A stretch of DNA of 57,183 bases, taken from the sequence record DRR723986_1346. One strand, given 5' to 3'. Below are positions 28,290 to 37,810 of the stretch, piece by piece (the stretch's first letter is position 1; the number at the start of each line of letters is the position of its first letter). The notes beneath the pieces are model-generated. The model was not told the origin of the DNA. It ran no database searches and saw only the letters and a list, made by a program, of their open reading frames with translations. The translations under genes and the position numbers were made by a program.

Positions 28290-28488
28290 GTGGGCCTCCC
28301 TAAGGCATTTAATAATACCTAACGCTCTATAAACAGCCGGTGCCGTGCAAGCGCAGAGTGGATGAAGTACGCATATACAGGGACAAGCCGCATTCGAATT
28401 TAGTAGGCATTAACAAAATTGTGCCATAAAAGGCCCCTTCACTAAGTGTGAATGTTATAGATTGAGTTTGAGTGATTTGGGGTCGACC

Positions 28489-29163
28489 ATGCAACCATCG
28501 TTAAAAAAGCAATTTGCCGTGTCCTGTTTTCTCGCTTTTCTGGCATGTGCCAGCGCAGCATTTCTCAGTACAGCAAGCCACGCGCAGGAAGAGCAATCGC
28601 CTGAATTACAAGAAACATTGCGTGCAACCTCTAAGCTAGCTTTGGACACCCCGAAAAGCGGCAAAAAACCTGAGCCACAAACAGAGGCAGAGCTGCGCGA
28701 GCAATATGAAAAGTCCATGACCTATATGCTTGGGCGCGCCAAATTGGTGCGCACGCTGGCGGCCCAGCATATTTTGCATTTGGGCGAAAACGCCGATGAG
28801 CCAGACCTGAAAAAACTGGAAGACGCTACGCAAGTGGTTGCCTTTGACCTTGTGTGCAGCGACGACACCTTCGACCCCAACGTGCTGGACCAATTGGCTA
28901 CCGAAAGCAGCTATCTTATTGCCGCGCAAACCCCGCGCTCCCCAATTGCAGAAACCCTGAGCGACATTGGCAGGGGCCAAACCGTGCAGGAACGCATGAA
29001 TTTGCTGGGTGATATTTCAACCACGGTTTTCATGTTTCAGGTGGGGCGCCGGCGCGGCCTGTTCGACAGCCTGATGACCGACTTTGGTAAAACCAAATTC
29101 TGTGATGGCCTGCGCGGTAATATCCGCGAGAGCTATACCGCGCTAACAAGTGACAATAAATAG
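28489..29163 (+). CDS. Secreted hypothetical protein
   Basis: Signal peptide (SHA-Q) and a long clean ORF; family not recognised. Confidence 0.7.
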   Translation: MQPSLKKQFAVSCFLAFLACASAAFLSTASHAQEEQSPELQETLRATSKLALDTPKSGKKPEPQTEAELREQYEKSMTYMLGRAKLVRTLAAQHILHLGENADEPDLKKLEDATQVVAFDLVCSDDTFDPNVLDQLATESSYLIAAQTPRSPIAETLSDIGRGQTVQERMNLLGDISTTVFMFQVGRRRGLFDSLMTDFGKTKFCDGLRGNIRESYTALTSDNK

Positions 29164-29180
29164 TCTGCCAACAGCCAAAC

Positions 29181-30092
29181 TTACCGTTTAGCCACATCAA
29201 CTTCAGCGGCAATGAAACCGAAGGCTGACCACCCCTGATTATTGCCTATATAGTCGCGCATCATTACCAGCGCTTCGTCTTGATTTCCGTTGTAAAATTT
29301 CCAATTTGCGAGGCCGTAGACCATGCCTGCGCCCGAAGGGCTGTCTGATACTTCCTGTGCAAGGTCGTCATAGGAAAGCAGGCTTTTATAGAGAAGGCAC
29401 AATTTATAGTAAGAAAAATTCTCGATGATATCCATGTTGTCGGTAATAGGCTCAAGCGCTTGCGCGGCTTCCGCCTCGCGGCCCATACGCCGTAAAATCA
29501 TGTAAATCCAGTGGGTTGTGGACACGATGTTGTCCGGGAACATGCTGGCGTTCCGCGCCTCGGTGTAGGCCCACAGGGCTTTTTCAAAGTCGTGCTTCAA
29601 ATAGTAAGCAAGGCCGAGATGATACCAGATGTTGCCGTGTTTTGTTGAAACCGGAATGCCGCGCGCATTCGGCGCGCCGTCTGGCTCTACCTCGTTTGGT
29701 TGGCCTTTAATAAGCTCTACCGCGATCAGATAATCAGCGATGGCCTTATCAAATTCCCTGATGGAAATATAGCGATGCCCCCGGTGCCGGTAAATGCGGG
29801 CATCACTGGGGTGCTTTTCCACACCTTCCGAGAACACCTTAATCGCCGACAGATAATCCCCCGTATAGCCAATGCGCCGCCCGTACCAGATGATCGCATC
29901 TGCATCATCAGGGTTAGCCTCATACACCGCTTTAGCCTGCGCCAGATTTTCCAGCGTTTGCGCCCCAATTTCGGCCGGGGCATACAGCTTTTCGCCCAGC
30001 AACGATGTTGCTTGGTACGGTCCGTTTTCCGCCAATGCTGGCGCTGTAACGATTAACAGAAAAACACTGACTATTCCGAATGCTGATTTCAT
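29181..30092 (-). CDS. Secreted tetratricopeptide repeat protein
   Basis: Signal peptide, TPR motifs (YRHRGHRYISIREFDKAIADY, WYHLGLAYYL). Confidence 0.85.
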   Translation of the reverse strand: MKSAFGIVSVFLLIVTAPALAENGPYQATSLLGEKLYAPAEIGAQTLENLAQAKAVYEANPDDADAIIWYGRRIGYTGDYLSAIKVFSEGVEKHPSDARIYRHRGHRYISIREFDKAIADYLIAVELIKGQPNEVEPDGAPNARGIPVSTKHGNIWYHLGLAYYLKHDFEKALWAYTEARNASMFPDNIVSTTHWIYMILRRMGREAEAAQALEPITDNMDIIENFSYYKLCLLYKSLLSYDDLAQEVSDSPSGAGMVYGLANWKFYNGNQDEALVMMRDYIGNNQGWSAFGFIAAEVDVAKR

Positions 30093-30475
30093 GATGGCGT
30101 GTCCCCCGCCTCACCCTGTTCTCGCCCACTCAAAAGCGTTAAGCCAAGCGCGAGGGCAGCGGGCAGTGCCTGTATGTAGAGTATGGAAAACTTGGCAGTG
30201 GCCGCACCGAACACCCCGGCGACAATAACGCAGGACAGAAAGAAAATCACAACATCGCGCTTTTTAGCCAGCAAGCCCCACAGCAAACCGGCAACCAGAA
30301 AACCGTTATATAACCCCTGGTTGGCGGCAAGTGTTGCCGACGCAGCTGCTACCTCGGCAGTCATGGAAAAGGTTTTCAGGCCAATGGGTTTGGTCCAGAG
30401 AAACATTTCCAAAACAAGAAACCATGTGTGCAGGACTGCAACCAAGCCCACCAGAGTTTTCGACACTAATTTCAT
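30089..30475 (-). CDS. DUF1304 family membrane protein
   Basis: LHxxFLVLEMFLW, LAANQGLYNGFL, IQALPA. Confidence 0.9.
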   Translation of the reverse strand: MKLVSKTLVGLVAVLHTWFLVLEMFLWTKPIGLKTFSMTAEVAAASATLAANQGLYNGFLVAGLLWGLLAKKRDVVIFFLSCVIVAGVFGAATAKFSILYIQALPAALALGLTLLSGREQGEAGDTPS

Positions 30476-30513
30476 GGCCACTCCCCCTTACTTTCAGTTT
30501 CACCTTAAAGCAC

Positions 30514-31965
30514 TTATGTCTCAAAAACAAAATCTGCTTGGTCAATAACTTTCATAAAACGCCGGTATTTCAGCGTGGAATTGGGCCACAGCGTGTGAAT
30601 TCTGCCATCGCCGCCCACATACCAGTTATCGCAGCCGGTGTGCCACACCGTGCCGTCCAACTGGCGCTGTAATGCTTGGTCAAACTTGTCAGCCGCAGTT
30701 GGTTTAACATCAATGGTTTTCGCGCCCCTGCGGGTTTTCATGGTGATGAGGGCGATGATATATTGCACCTGTGCTTCTATCATCAAAAGCACCGAATTAT
30801 GCCCCAAGCTGGTGTTTGGGCCAGTGAGGAATGCAAAGTTGGGGAAGCCCGGCACAGAAACGGTGTTGTGCGCCCGAACGCCGTCTTTGAAATAGTCGCT
30901 CATACGCTGACCGCCCTTCCCCACAATTTGCATATCTTCAAGCAAACTAAAGGCTTTAAAGCCGGTTGCGAAAATGATGGTGTCAACCGCATGGTGGGTG
31001 CCAGCGGCATCGGTTAAGCCGCGCGCATCAGCGCCAGCGATGGCGTCTGTCACCAGCGTGACGTTGGTTTTTTGCAAGGCGGGAAAATACACGTTTGAGG
31101 CCAAAATGCGTTTACAACCAATGGGATAGTCAGGCGTTAGCTTGGATCGCAGGGCCTTGTCTGGCACTTGCTCAGCCAAATGGGCCAGCGCCTTTTTTTG
31201 CGCAGAGCGCTGGAACCATTGGTTGTTGCGGAACAGCGGAAAGGCCATTTCATAAGCAAGATAAATGCGCAGGCGGTGCAGCTTGCGCAGCCAGCTGTAT
31301 TTACCGAAGCGGGCCTTTTGCCCCTCGCTGTAGGTTTCATCCAGCCGCGGCATTACCCAGTTCGGTGTGCGCTGAAAAACCGTGAGCGACTTCACCTTAT
31401 CGGCAATTTCCGGGATAAGCTGTAAGGCGCTTGCCGCTGTGCCAATAACCGCCACATCGCGGCCTTCCAGCGAATGGTCATGCCGCCACCGCGCCGTGTG
31501 AAAGGCAGTGCCTTCAAACTGGTCCAGCCCTTCAATATCGGGGGTTACAGGCACATGCAAACCACCGGTGCCGCTGATCAAAAAATCAACCGCATCGGTT
31601 GTGCCGTCTTCAAATGTTAAGTGCCACTGGCCGTTAAACTTTGCTGACACCAGCTTGGCCCCATAGACAATTTTGGACCGAAGGCCGTATTTCTCGGCGC
31701 AGTGCTCTGCGTAATTTTGGATTTCACCCCCGCTGGAATAATGTTGGCTCCAGCCCGGGTTGGGCTCAAACGAAAAGCTATACAGGTGCGAAGGCACATC
31801 GCAGGCCACGCCGGGGTAGGTGTTGTCGCGCCATGTGCCGCCCACATTGTCAGCTTTTTCGTATATTGTATAATTGGCAAGCCCTGCTTTTTGTAGCTGA
31901 ATGGCCATGCACATGCCTGCAAGGCCTGCCCCGATGATCGCGATTTTTGGTGTTGATTTGACCAC
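30514..31965 (-). CDS. Flavin-containing monooxygenase (Baeyer-Villiger type)
   Basis: GAGLAG, GGTWRDNTYPG, FEGTAFHTARW (FxGxxxHxxxW), GTAASA, ATGF. Confidence 0.93.
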   Translation of the reverse strand: MVKSTPKIAIIGAGLAGMCMAIQLQKAGLANYTIYEKADNVGGTWRDNTYPGVACDVPSHLYSFSFEPNPGWSQHYSSGGEIQNYAEHCAEKYGLRSKIVYGAKLVSAKFNGQWHLTFEDGTTDAVDFLISGTGGLHVPVTPDIEGLDQFEGTAFHTARWRHDHSLEGRDVAVIGTAASALQLIPEIADKVKSLTVFQRTPNWVMPRLDETYSEGQKARFGKYSWLRKLHRLRIYLAYEMAFPLFRNNQWFQRSAQKKALAHLAEQVPDKALRSKLTPDYPIGCKRILASNVYFPALQKTNVTLVTDAIAGADARGLTDAAGTHHAVDTIIFATGFKAFSLLEDMQIVGKGGQRMSDYFKDGVRAHNTVSVPGFPNFAFLTGPNTSLGHNSVLLMIEAQVQYIIALITMKTRRGAKTIDVKPTAADKFDQALQRQLDGTVWHTGCDNWYVGGDGRIHTLWPNSTLKYRRFMKVIDQADFVFET

Positions 31966-32032
31966 GCGACCACCCTCTCCGGTTAATCAGCTTCCCCAAA
32001 ATGATGTAAAGCAGCGATAGCCGATGGCAAGT

Positions 32033-32485
32033 TTATGCCTTTTTCATCAATTGCACCAATAGCTTATCGATAGAATTGAGAAAACTGGAACGATCTCTTG
32101 CTGTGAAAGAGGCATTAAAGCCCCGGTCAACCCCGGTTTCCCGCAACTGGGACTTCAGGTCACGCATCGCGAGTGCCATACCGATATTTTCGCGGGTGAA
32201 GGCCTTGCCGGTTGGCCCCAAAGCCTCTGCGCCTTTTTCCAAACAACGAGATGCAAGTGGAATATCGCTGGTGATTGCCAAATCACCGGGCTGAATATTT
32301 TCTACAATCCAGTCATCTGCCGCGTCAGCCCCCTCAGCCACTACCTGTTTATGCACTTTTGGACCAACAGGCATGCGCAGCCACTGGTTCGATACCAGAT
32401 ACACTTCGATATCAAACCGCGCGGCAACTTTCAGGATTTCATTTTTAACCGGGCAGGCATCGCCGTCGACAAATACGCATGTCAT
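32033..32485 (-). CDS. YaiI/YqxD (UPF0178) family protein
   Basis: VDGDACPVK, DAADDWI, ITSDIPLA. Confidence 0.92.
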   Translation of the reverse strand: MTCVFVDGDACPVKNEILKVAARFDIEVYLVSNQWLRMPVGPKVHKQVVAEGADAADDWIVENIQPGDLAITSDIPLASRCLEKGAEALGPTGKAFTRENIGMALAMRDLKSQLRETGVDRGFNASFTARDRSSFLNSIDKLLVQLMKKA

Positions 32486-32705
32486 AAAACACTCTCGAAA
32501 TAGGCAGTTTTTTAAAATTTTTGCCAGTTAGACTCTAATTTTGGCAACTTTAGTTCATTTTTTCGTAAGGTCGATGGTAATTTTCAGAGGTATTTTGCGA
32601 AAATGGCCGGATTAAATCGCTTTTACCTATCTGATCGGTTGGCATTTAAGTGGTCTCGCCTTACAAGAAAAACTGTAATTTTTCAGAAAAATAGCGAAAC
32701 TCTTC

Positions 32706-35700
32706 ATGGCATCTGACAGTAAATGGCAATTCTGGATCGACCGCGGCGGCACATTCACCGATGTCGTTGCTCGCAATCCCAAGGGCGCACTTTCCAGCCA
32801 TAAATATTTGTCTGTAAACCCTGATCAGTATAGTGACGCCGCCGTGTTTGCCATGCGCGATATCATGGGCATTCCCACTACCGCGCCGTTCCCTGACCAT
32901 GCTGTTAGTGCCATAAAAATGGGGACGACAGTGGCCACTAATGCCTTGCTGGAACGCGAGGGTGCGAAAACTTTATTGTTAATTACCAAAGGCTTCGGTG
33001 ATGCGCTCTTGATTGGCCAGCAACACCGGCAAGACTTGTTTGCTCTCAAACCAACCCGGCCAACCCCGCTCTACAACACTGTCATTGAAGTGGAAGAACG
33101 CCTTGATAAAAAAGGCAGCGTGCTAAAACCTCTCAACACCAACAAGCTACGCACAAGCCTTATCAATGCAAAAGCCAAAGATTATCAAAGTGTTGCCATA
33201 GCTTTTGTCCATGGGTACCGCCACCAGACGCACGAACAAATAGCTGCTGAATTGGCGCGCGAGGTTGGGTTTGAACAAGTCTCCGTTAGCCACAAAATAA
33301 GCCCGTTAATGAAGCTGATACCGCGCGGCGACACCACCGTTGCTGATGCCTATCTATCCCCTATTCTGCGCAGTTATGTGGGCGATGTGCGCAGTGCCAC
33401 TGGTGCAACCCCGCTGTATTTTATGCAATCAAACGGTGGCCTTGCCGCCGCAGACAGTTTCCACGGCAAAGATGCGGTACTGTCTGGCCCGGCGGGCGGC
33501 ATTGTTGGTGCGGCCAAGTCAGCCACCCGCGAGGGCATCGACCAAGTCATTGCCTTTGATATGGGCGGCACCTCAACTGATGTTAGCCACTATGCCGGAC
33601 ACTTTGAGCGGGTGCTAGACACCGCCGTGGCCGGGGTTCGCATGACTGTACCGATGATGGACATTCACACTGTCGCAGCTGGTGGAGGGTCCATCTGTCG
33701 GTTTGAAGCGGGGCGATTTCAAGTAGGCCCGCAATCCGCCGGGGCCATGCCGGGGCCTGCCTGCTACGGCAAAGGCGGCCCCATTACAGTGACAGACTGC
33801 AACCTGTTGCTCGGCAAAATTCAGCCGCATCTGTTTCCGTCTGTTTTTGGCAAAAACGGCAAAGACCCACTGGACAAGCAGGCAAGCCTGTGCGGGTTTC
33901 AAGCCATTGCGGAAGATATTCTGAATGCAACTGGCACCAAAATGTCGGTTGAAGACATTGCCGAGGGTTTTCTTGCGGTGGCCGTGGAACATATGGCCCG
34001 TGCGATCAAACGGGTGTCGGTAGAGCGCGGTCATAACATTAAGGATTATACCCTGCTGACCTTCGGCGGTGCTGGCGGCCAACACGCGTGCCTAGTCGCA
34101 GATGCTTTAGCCATAGAAAGCGTGTTGGTACCGCCCTTTGCGGGGGTTTTGTCAGCACTAGGCATGGGCTTAGCAGACCAACGCAGTTTGGCCGAACAGG
34201 CACTGGAAACGCCAATAGCAAACCAGGCTGCAATCACCAATGCGATAATGGCAGCATCAACCAAAGCCCAGCAATCCCTTGAAAAGCAAGGTGTTGACGC
34301 AGGCGCACATACAACCGAGGTTTATTTGCGGGTAAAATATGCCGGCACTGACACCGCGCTTTCAGTACCGTTTACCGGCTTCTCAGGGTTGCAGGAAACA
34401 TTTGAAGCACTGCACCAGCAGCAGTTCGGCTTTATTGAAGGCAGCACAGACCTGATTGTTGAAGCGGTGGAAGCCGAAGCCATCGCAGCCATTGGCGATG
34501 ATGCAATTTCCCTTGTGCCTGTTGCCAAAGATTCCGCTTCATTTGAAGCATCCACTGTTTTCATGAACGGCGAGCGATGTACTGCCCGAACCATTTCAAG
34601 AGATGCAATTGAGATCGGAGCTTCAGTTTCAGGCCCGGCTATTATCGTTGAAATCGGCAGCACCACAGTGATTGAACCGGGCTGGCAAGCCACCGCAACA
34701 AACAGTGGTAGTTTACTCCTGCACCGGGTTGAAACCCGTATTACTGTTGAGACCGATACGAAAAAAGCGGATCCAATCTTGCTGGAAATTTTCAACAACT
34801 TGTTCATGTCAGTGGCCGAGGAAATGGGCGCTGTTTTGGCCAAAACTGCCCACTCGGTTAACGTCAAGGAACGCTTGGATTTTTCCTGCGCCGTGTTTGA
34901 CGAGCAAGGCAGATTAATCGCCAATGCCCCGCATATGCCGGTTCATTTGGGCAGTATGGGTGAAAGCGTTACCGCCATTATCAACGCCAGAAAAGGCACC
35001 ATGAACTCCAGCGATGTGTTCATGATTAATGACCCATCGGCGGGTGGCACCCATTTGCCTGACATCACAATCGTTACGCCTGTCTTTTTGGACGGCGACG
35101 CTGCCAATTCTACTGCGCCGGCCTTTTATGTTGCTTCGCGCGGCCATCATGCTGACATCGGCGGTATCACCCCCGGGTCTATGCCGCCCAACTCGGTTAC
35201 ATTGGAAGATGAAGGCATTTGCTTCACCAACTTCCATCTTGTTAAAGACGGCAAGTTTCAAACAGATGCGGTGCTGACGCGGCTAAACAACCACCGTTTC
35301 CCGGCCCGAAACCCGATGCAAAATGTTGCCGACCTGAAGGCGCAAGTTGCCGCCAACGCACGCGGCGCTTCACTTGTCCAGAACCTGATCGACTATTATG
35401 GGATTGAAACTGTAGCCGCCTATATGACATTCGTGCGGGAAAATGCGGCGGATGCTGTGCGCGCTGTGATCGCCGCTATCAAGCCCGGCAGCTTCCGTTA
35501 TTCAATGGATTGCGGCGCCACCATAGCTGTAAACATGGCACCCTCACCTCAAAATAACCGTCTTGTCATAGATTTCACCGGCACAAGCGCCCAGTTGCCC
35601 AACAATTATAATGCGCCCTATGCTGTTGTAAAAGCGGCGGTGTTATATGTTTTTCGTGTGCTTGCTGGCGGTGATATCCCCTTAAATGATGGCTGCCTTG

Positions 35701-36335
35701 AGCCGATAGATATCGTGGTGCCAGAAGGGTGCATGTTAAAGCCCGGACCAACCGCCGCCGTTGTTGCAGGTAATGTGGAAACAAGCCAAGCCATAACCAA
35801 CGCACTGTTTTTGGCAACGGGCACACTGGCAGCAGCACAAGGCACAATGAATAACCTAACCTTTGGTAACGACACATACCAATATTATGAAACTATCGCA
35901 GGCGGCACAGGGGCAGGCAAAGGCTTTGATGGCACCGATGCCATTCAGTCGCATATGACCAACAGCCGCATGACGGATGTAGAGGTTTTAGAGTGGCGCT
36001 ACCCGGTTTTGGTTAACCAGTTTGGTGTTCGTATTGGTAGTGGAGGCGCGGGTCAGCAACATGGCGGTAATGGCATTGTGCGAGAATTTGAATTTCTTGA
36101 ACAGATGGAAGTGTCCCTACTTGCTAACCATTATGCCAGCCCTCCCCCCGGTTTGGCAGGCGGGAAAGACGGGAAAGCAGGAAAAGCAGAGATTATTCGC
36201 ACAAGCGGCGAGAAGGTAGCCTTCAAGTATGCCGATAGCGCAACGGTTGAAGCTGGCGATACAATAGTAATTGAGACCCCCGGTGGTGGCGGGTTCGGTG
36301 CGCCAGAGGTGAAACAGAACATACTTAGCTCGTAG
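32706..36335 (+). CDS. ATP-dependent 5-oxoprolinase / hydantoinase A-B fusion
   Basis: IDRGGTFTD, MGTTVATNALLER, DMGGTSTD, VKERLDFSCA, HMPVHLGSM, ETPGGGGFG. Confidence 0.95.
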   Translation: MASDSKWQFWIDRGGTFTDVVARNPKGALSSHKYLSVNPDQYSDAAVFAMRDIMGIPTTAPFPDHAVSAIKMGTTVATNALLEREGAKTLLLITKGFGDALLIGQQHRQDLFALKPTRPTPLYNTVIEVEERLDKKGSVLKPLNTNKLRTSLINAKAKDYQSVAIAFVHGYRHQTHEQIAAELAREVGFEQVSVSHKISPLMKLIPRGDTTVADAYLSPILRSYVGDVRSATGATPLYFMQSNGGLAAADSFHGKDAVLSGPAGGIVGAAKSATREGIDQVIAFDMGGTSTDVSHYAGHFERVLDTAVAGVRMTVPMMDIHTVAAGGGSICRFEAGRFQVGPQSAGAMPGPACYGKGGPITVTDCNLLLGKIQPHLFPSVFGKNGKDPLDKQASLCGFQAIAEDILNATGTKMSVEDIAEGFLAVAVEHMARAIKRVSVERGHNIKDYTLLTFGGAGGQHACLVADALAIESVLVPPFAGVLSALGMGLADQRSLAEQALETPIANQAAITNAIMAASTKAQQSLEKQGVDAGAHTTEVYLRVKYAGTDTALSVPFTGFSGLQETFEALHQQQFGFIEGSTDLIVEAVEAEAIAAIGDDAISLVPVAKDSASFEASTVFMNGERCTARTISRDAIEIGASVSGPAIIVEIGSTTVIEPGWQATATNSGSLLLHRVETRITVETDTKKADPILLEIFNNLFMSVAEEMGAVLAKTAHSVNVKERLDFSCAVFDEQGRLIANAPHMPVHLGSMGESVTAIINARKGTMNSSDVFMINDPSAGGTHLPDITIVTPVFLDGDAANSTAPAFYVASRGHHADIGGITPGSMPPNSVTLEDEGICFTNFHLVKDGKFQTDAVLTRLNNHRFPARNPMQNVADLKAQVAANARGASLVQNLIDYYGIETVAAYMTFVRENAADAVRAVIAAIKPGSFRYSMDCGATIAVNMAPSPQNNRLVIDFTGTSAQLPNNYNAPYAVVKAAVLYVFRVLAGGDIPLNDGCLEPIDIVVPEGCMLKPGPTAAVVAGNVETSQAITNALFLATGTLAAAQGTMNNLTFGNDTYQYYETIAGGTGAGKGFDGTDAIQSHMTNSRMTDVEVLEWRYPVLVNQFGVRIGSGGAGQQHGGNGIVREFEFLEQMEVSLLANHYASPPPGLAGGKDGKAGKAEIIRTSGEKVAFKYADSATVEAGDTIVIETPGGGGFGAPEVKQNILSS

Positions 36336-36382
36336 AAGCGAGTGTGACGGCTTGACCGGACAGCATTGCCGCCTATATTTAA

Positions 36383-36406
36383 TTACTGGACTAAGCAGTT
36401 TGGTAA
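36383..36406. promoter_or_regulatory. Imperfect inverted repeat upstream of the P450, possible TetR-type operator
   Basis: ttactggact-aagc-agtttggtaa, just downstream of a TTGACC...TATATT promoter-like pair. Confidence 0.35.
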
Positions 36407-36445
36407 TGGAACATTGTCAACCAAAGTCAGTTTACGAGGGTAAAA

Positions 36446-37810
36446 ATGTCGGCATCAACACCAAGCAAAGAAAAAAACACAGGTTCTGCACCGACTGTGT
36501 TTGATATCCCCGGTGAATCTGGCATGCCCATATTTGGGCATACGTTCAAAATGCTGAAAGACCCGATTAGTTTCGGGGCCTACATGCGCAGCAAATACGG
36601 TGATGTGTACCGGGCAAATAGTTTCTTCCGCCACAATGTTTCCATGCACGGACCAGAAGCTAATGAATTTATGTTGATGGACCGTGATAAAAACTTCTCA
36701 AGCGAGATGGGGTGGGACCCTTATTTAGGTCGCTTATTTCCAAAAGGCTTGATGCTTTTGGACTTTGACGAACACAAAGCCCACCGCCATATCATGGCGA
36801 CCGCCTTCAAGACCGCGCCAATGAAAGGTTATCTTGAACGCCTAAATACCGAAATGCCAAAGCGTATTGCGGAATGGGGCAAGACCGGCTCGTTTAAATT
36901 TTATGATGCGATCAAAAAGCTGTCTCTGGACATGGCAACAACGGTTTTCCTTGGCCTGGACCCCGACGCAGACAGTTCCAAAATCAACACAGCACTGACG
37001 GACATGGTTTCGGCCAGTATGGGCATTGTACGCGTTCCAATACCCGGCACAATTATGGCGCGCGGTGTAAAAGGCCGCAAATTTATGGTGGACTTTCTGA
37101 TGCGGGAAATCCCCAACCGGCGCGGCATAGAGCAATCTGATATTTTCACGCAGCTGTGTAATGCTGCAGACGAGGACGGCAACAGTTTCAGCGACCAGGA
37201 AATTGTCGACCATATGATATTCTTGTGGATGGCAGCCCATGACACGGTCACCAGTTCCGTTACCACAATGATTTACGAATTGGGCAAAAGCCCTGAATGG
37301 CAGGAAAAATTGCGCGAGGAAATCAAAAGCCTTGGCCTGAACAGTGATGCCTTACCGTATGAAAAAATCAACAAGCTTGTAATAACGGAATATGCGTTTA
37401 AAGAGTCATTGCGGAAAAATCCACCGGTACCCGCGACACCGCGAATGACCGTGCGCGATGTGGAATTTAAGGGCCACGTAATGCCCAAAGGAACAATTGT
37501 TGGTGTAAGCGCGGTTGCCACACACCGCGACCCAGACGTTTGGCCGGAGCCTGATACGTTTGACCCCATGCGTTTTTCACCGGAAGGTGGTGCCAAAACC
37601 CGGCACAGATTTGCCTGGATTCCCTTTGGTGGCGGTGCGCATATGTGTGTAGGCCTGCATTTCGCTTACATGCAAATGAAGGTTATCATGACCCACCTGC
37701 TGCCGCACTTTGACATTGAATTGGTGAATGGCAACGACACAAAGTTTCAAATTATGCCAATTATCAAACCCGTTGACGGCCTACCCATCACGTTGAAGGC
37801 ACGCAACTAA
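36446..37810 (+). CDS. Cytochrome P450
   Basis: I-helix AAHDT, ExxR (ESLR), FDPMRF, heme ligand FGGGAHMCVG. Confidence 0.96.
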   Translation: MSASTPSKEKNTGSAPTVFDIPGESGMPIFGHTFKMLKDPISFGAYMRSKYGDVYRANSFFRHNVSMHGPEANEFMLMDRDKNFSSEMGWDPYLGRLFPKGLMLLDFDEHKAHRHIMATAFKTAPMKGYLERLNTEMPKRIAEWGKTGSFKFYDAIKKLSLDMATTVFLGLDPDADSSKINTALTDMVSASMGIVRVPIPGTIMARGVKGRKFMVDFLMREIPNRRGIEQSDIFTQLCNAADEDGNSFSDQEIVDHMIFLWMAAHDTVTSSVTTMIYELGKSPEWQEKLREEIKSLGLNSDALPYEKINKLVITEYAFKESLRKNPPVPATPRMTVRDVEFKGHVMPKGTIVGVSAVATHRDPDVWPEPDTFDPMRFSPEGGAKTRHRFAWIPFGGGAHMCVGLHFAYMQMKVIMTHLLPHFDIELVNGNDTKFQIMPIIKPVDGLPITLKARN

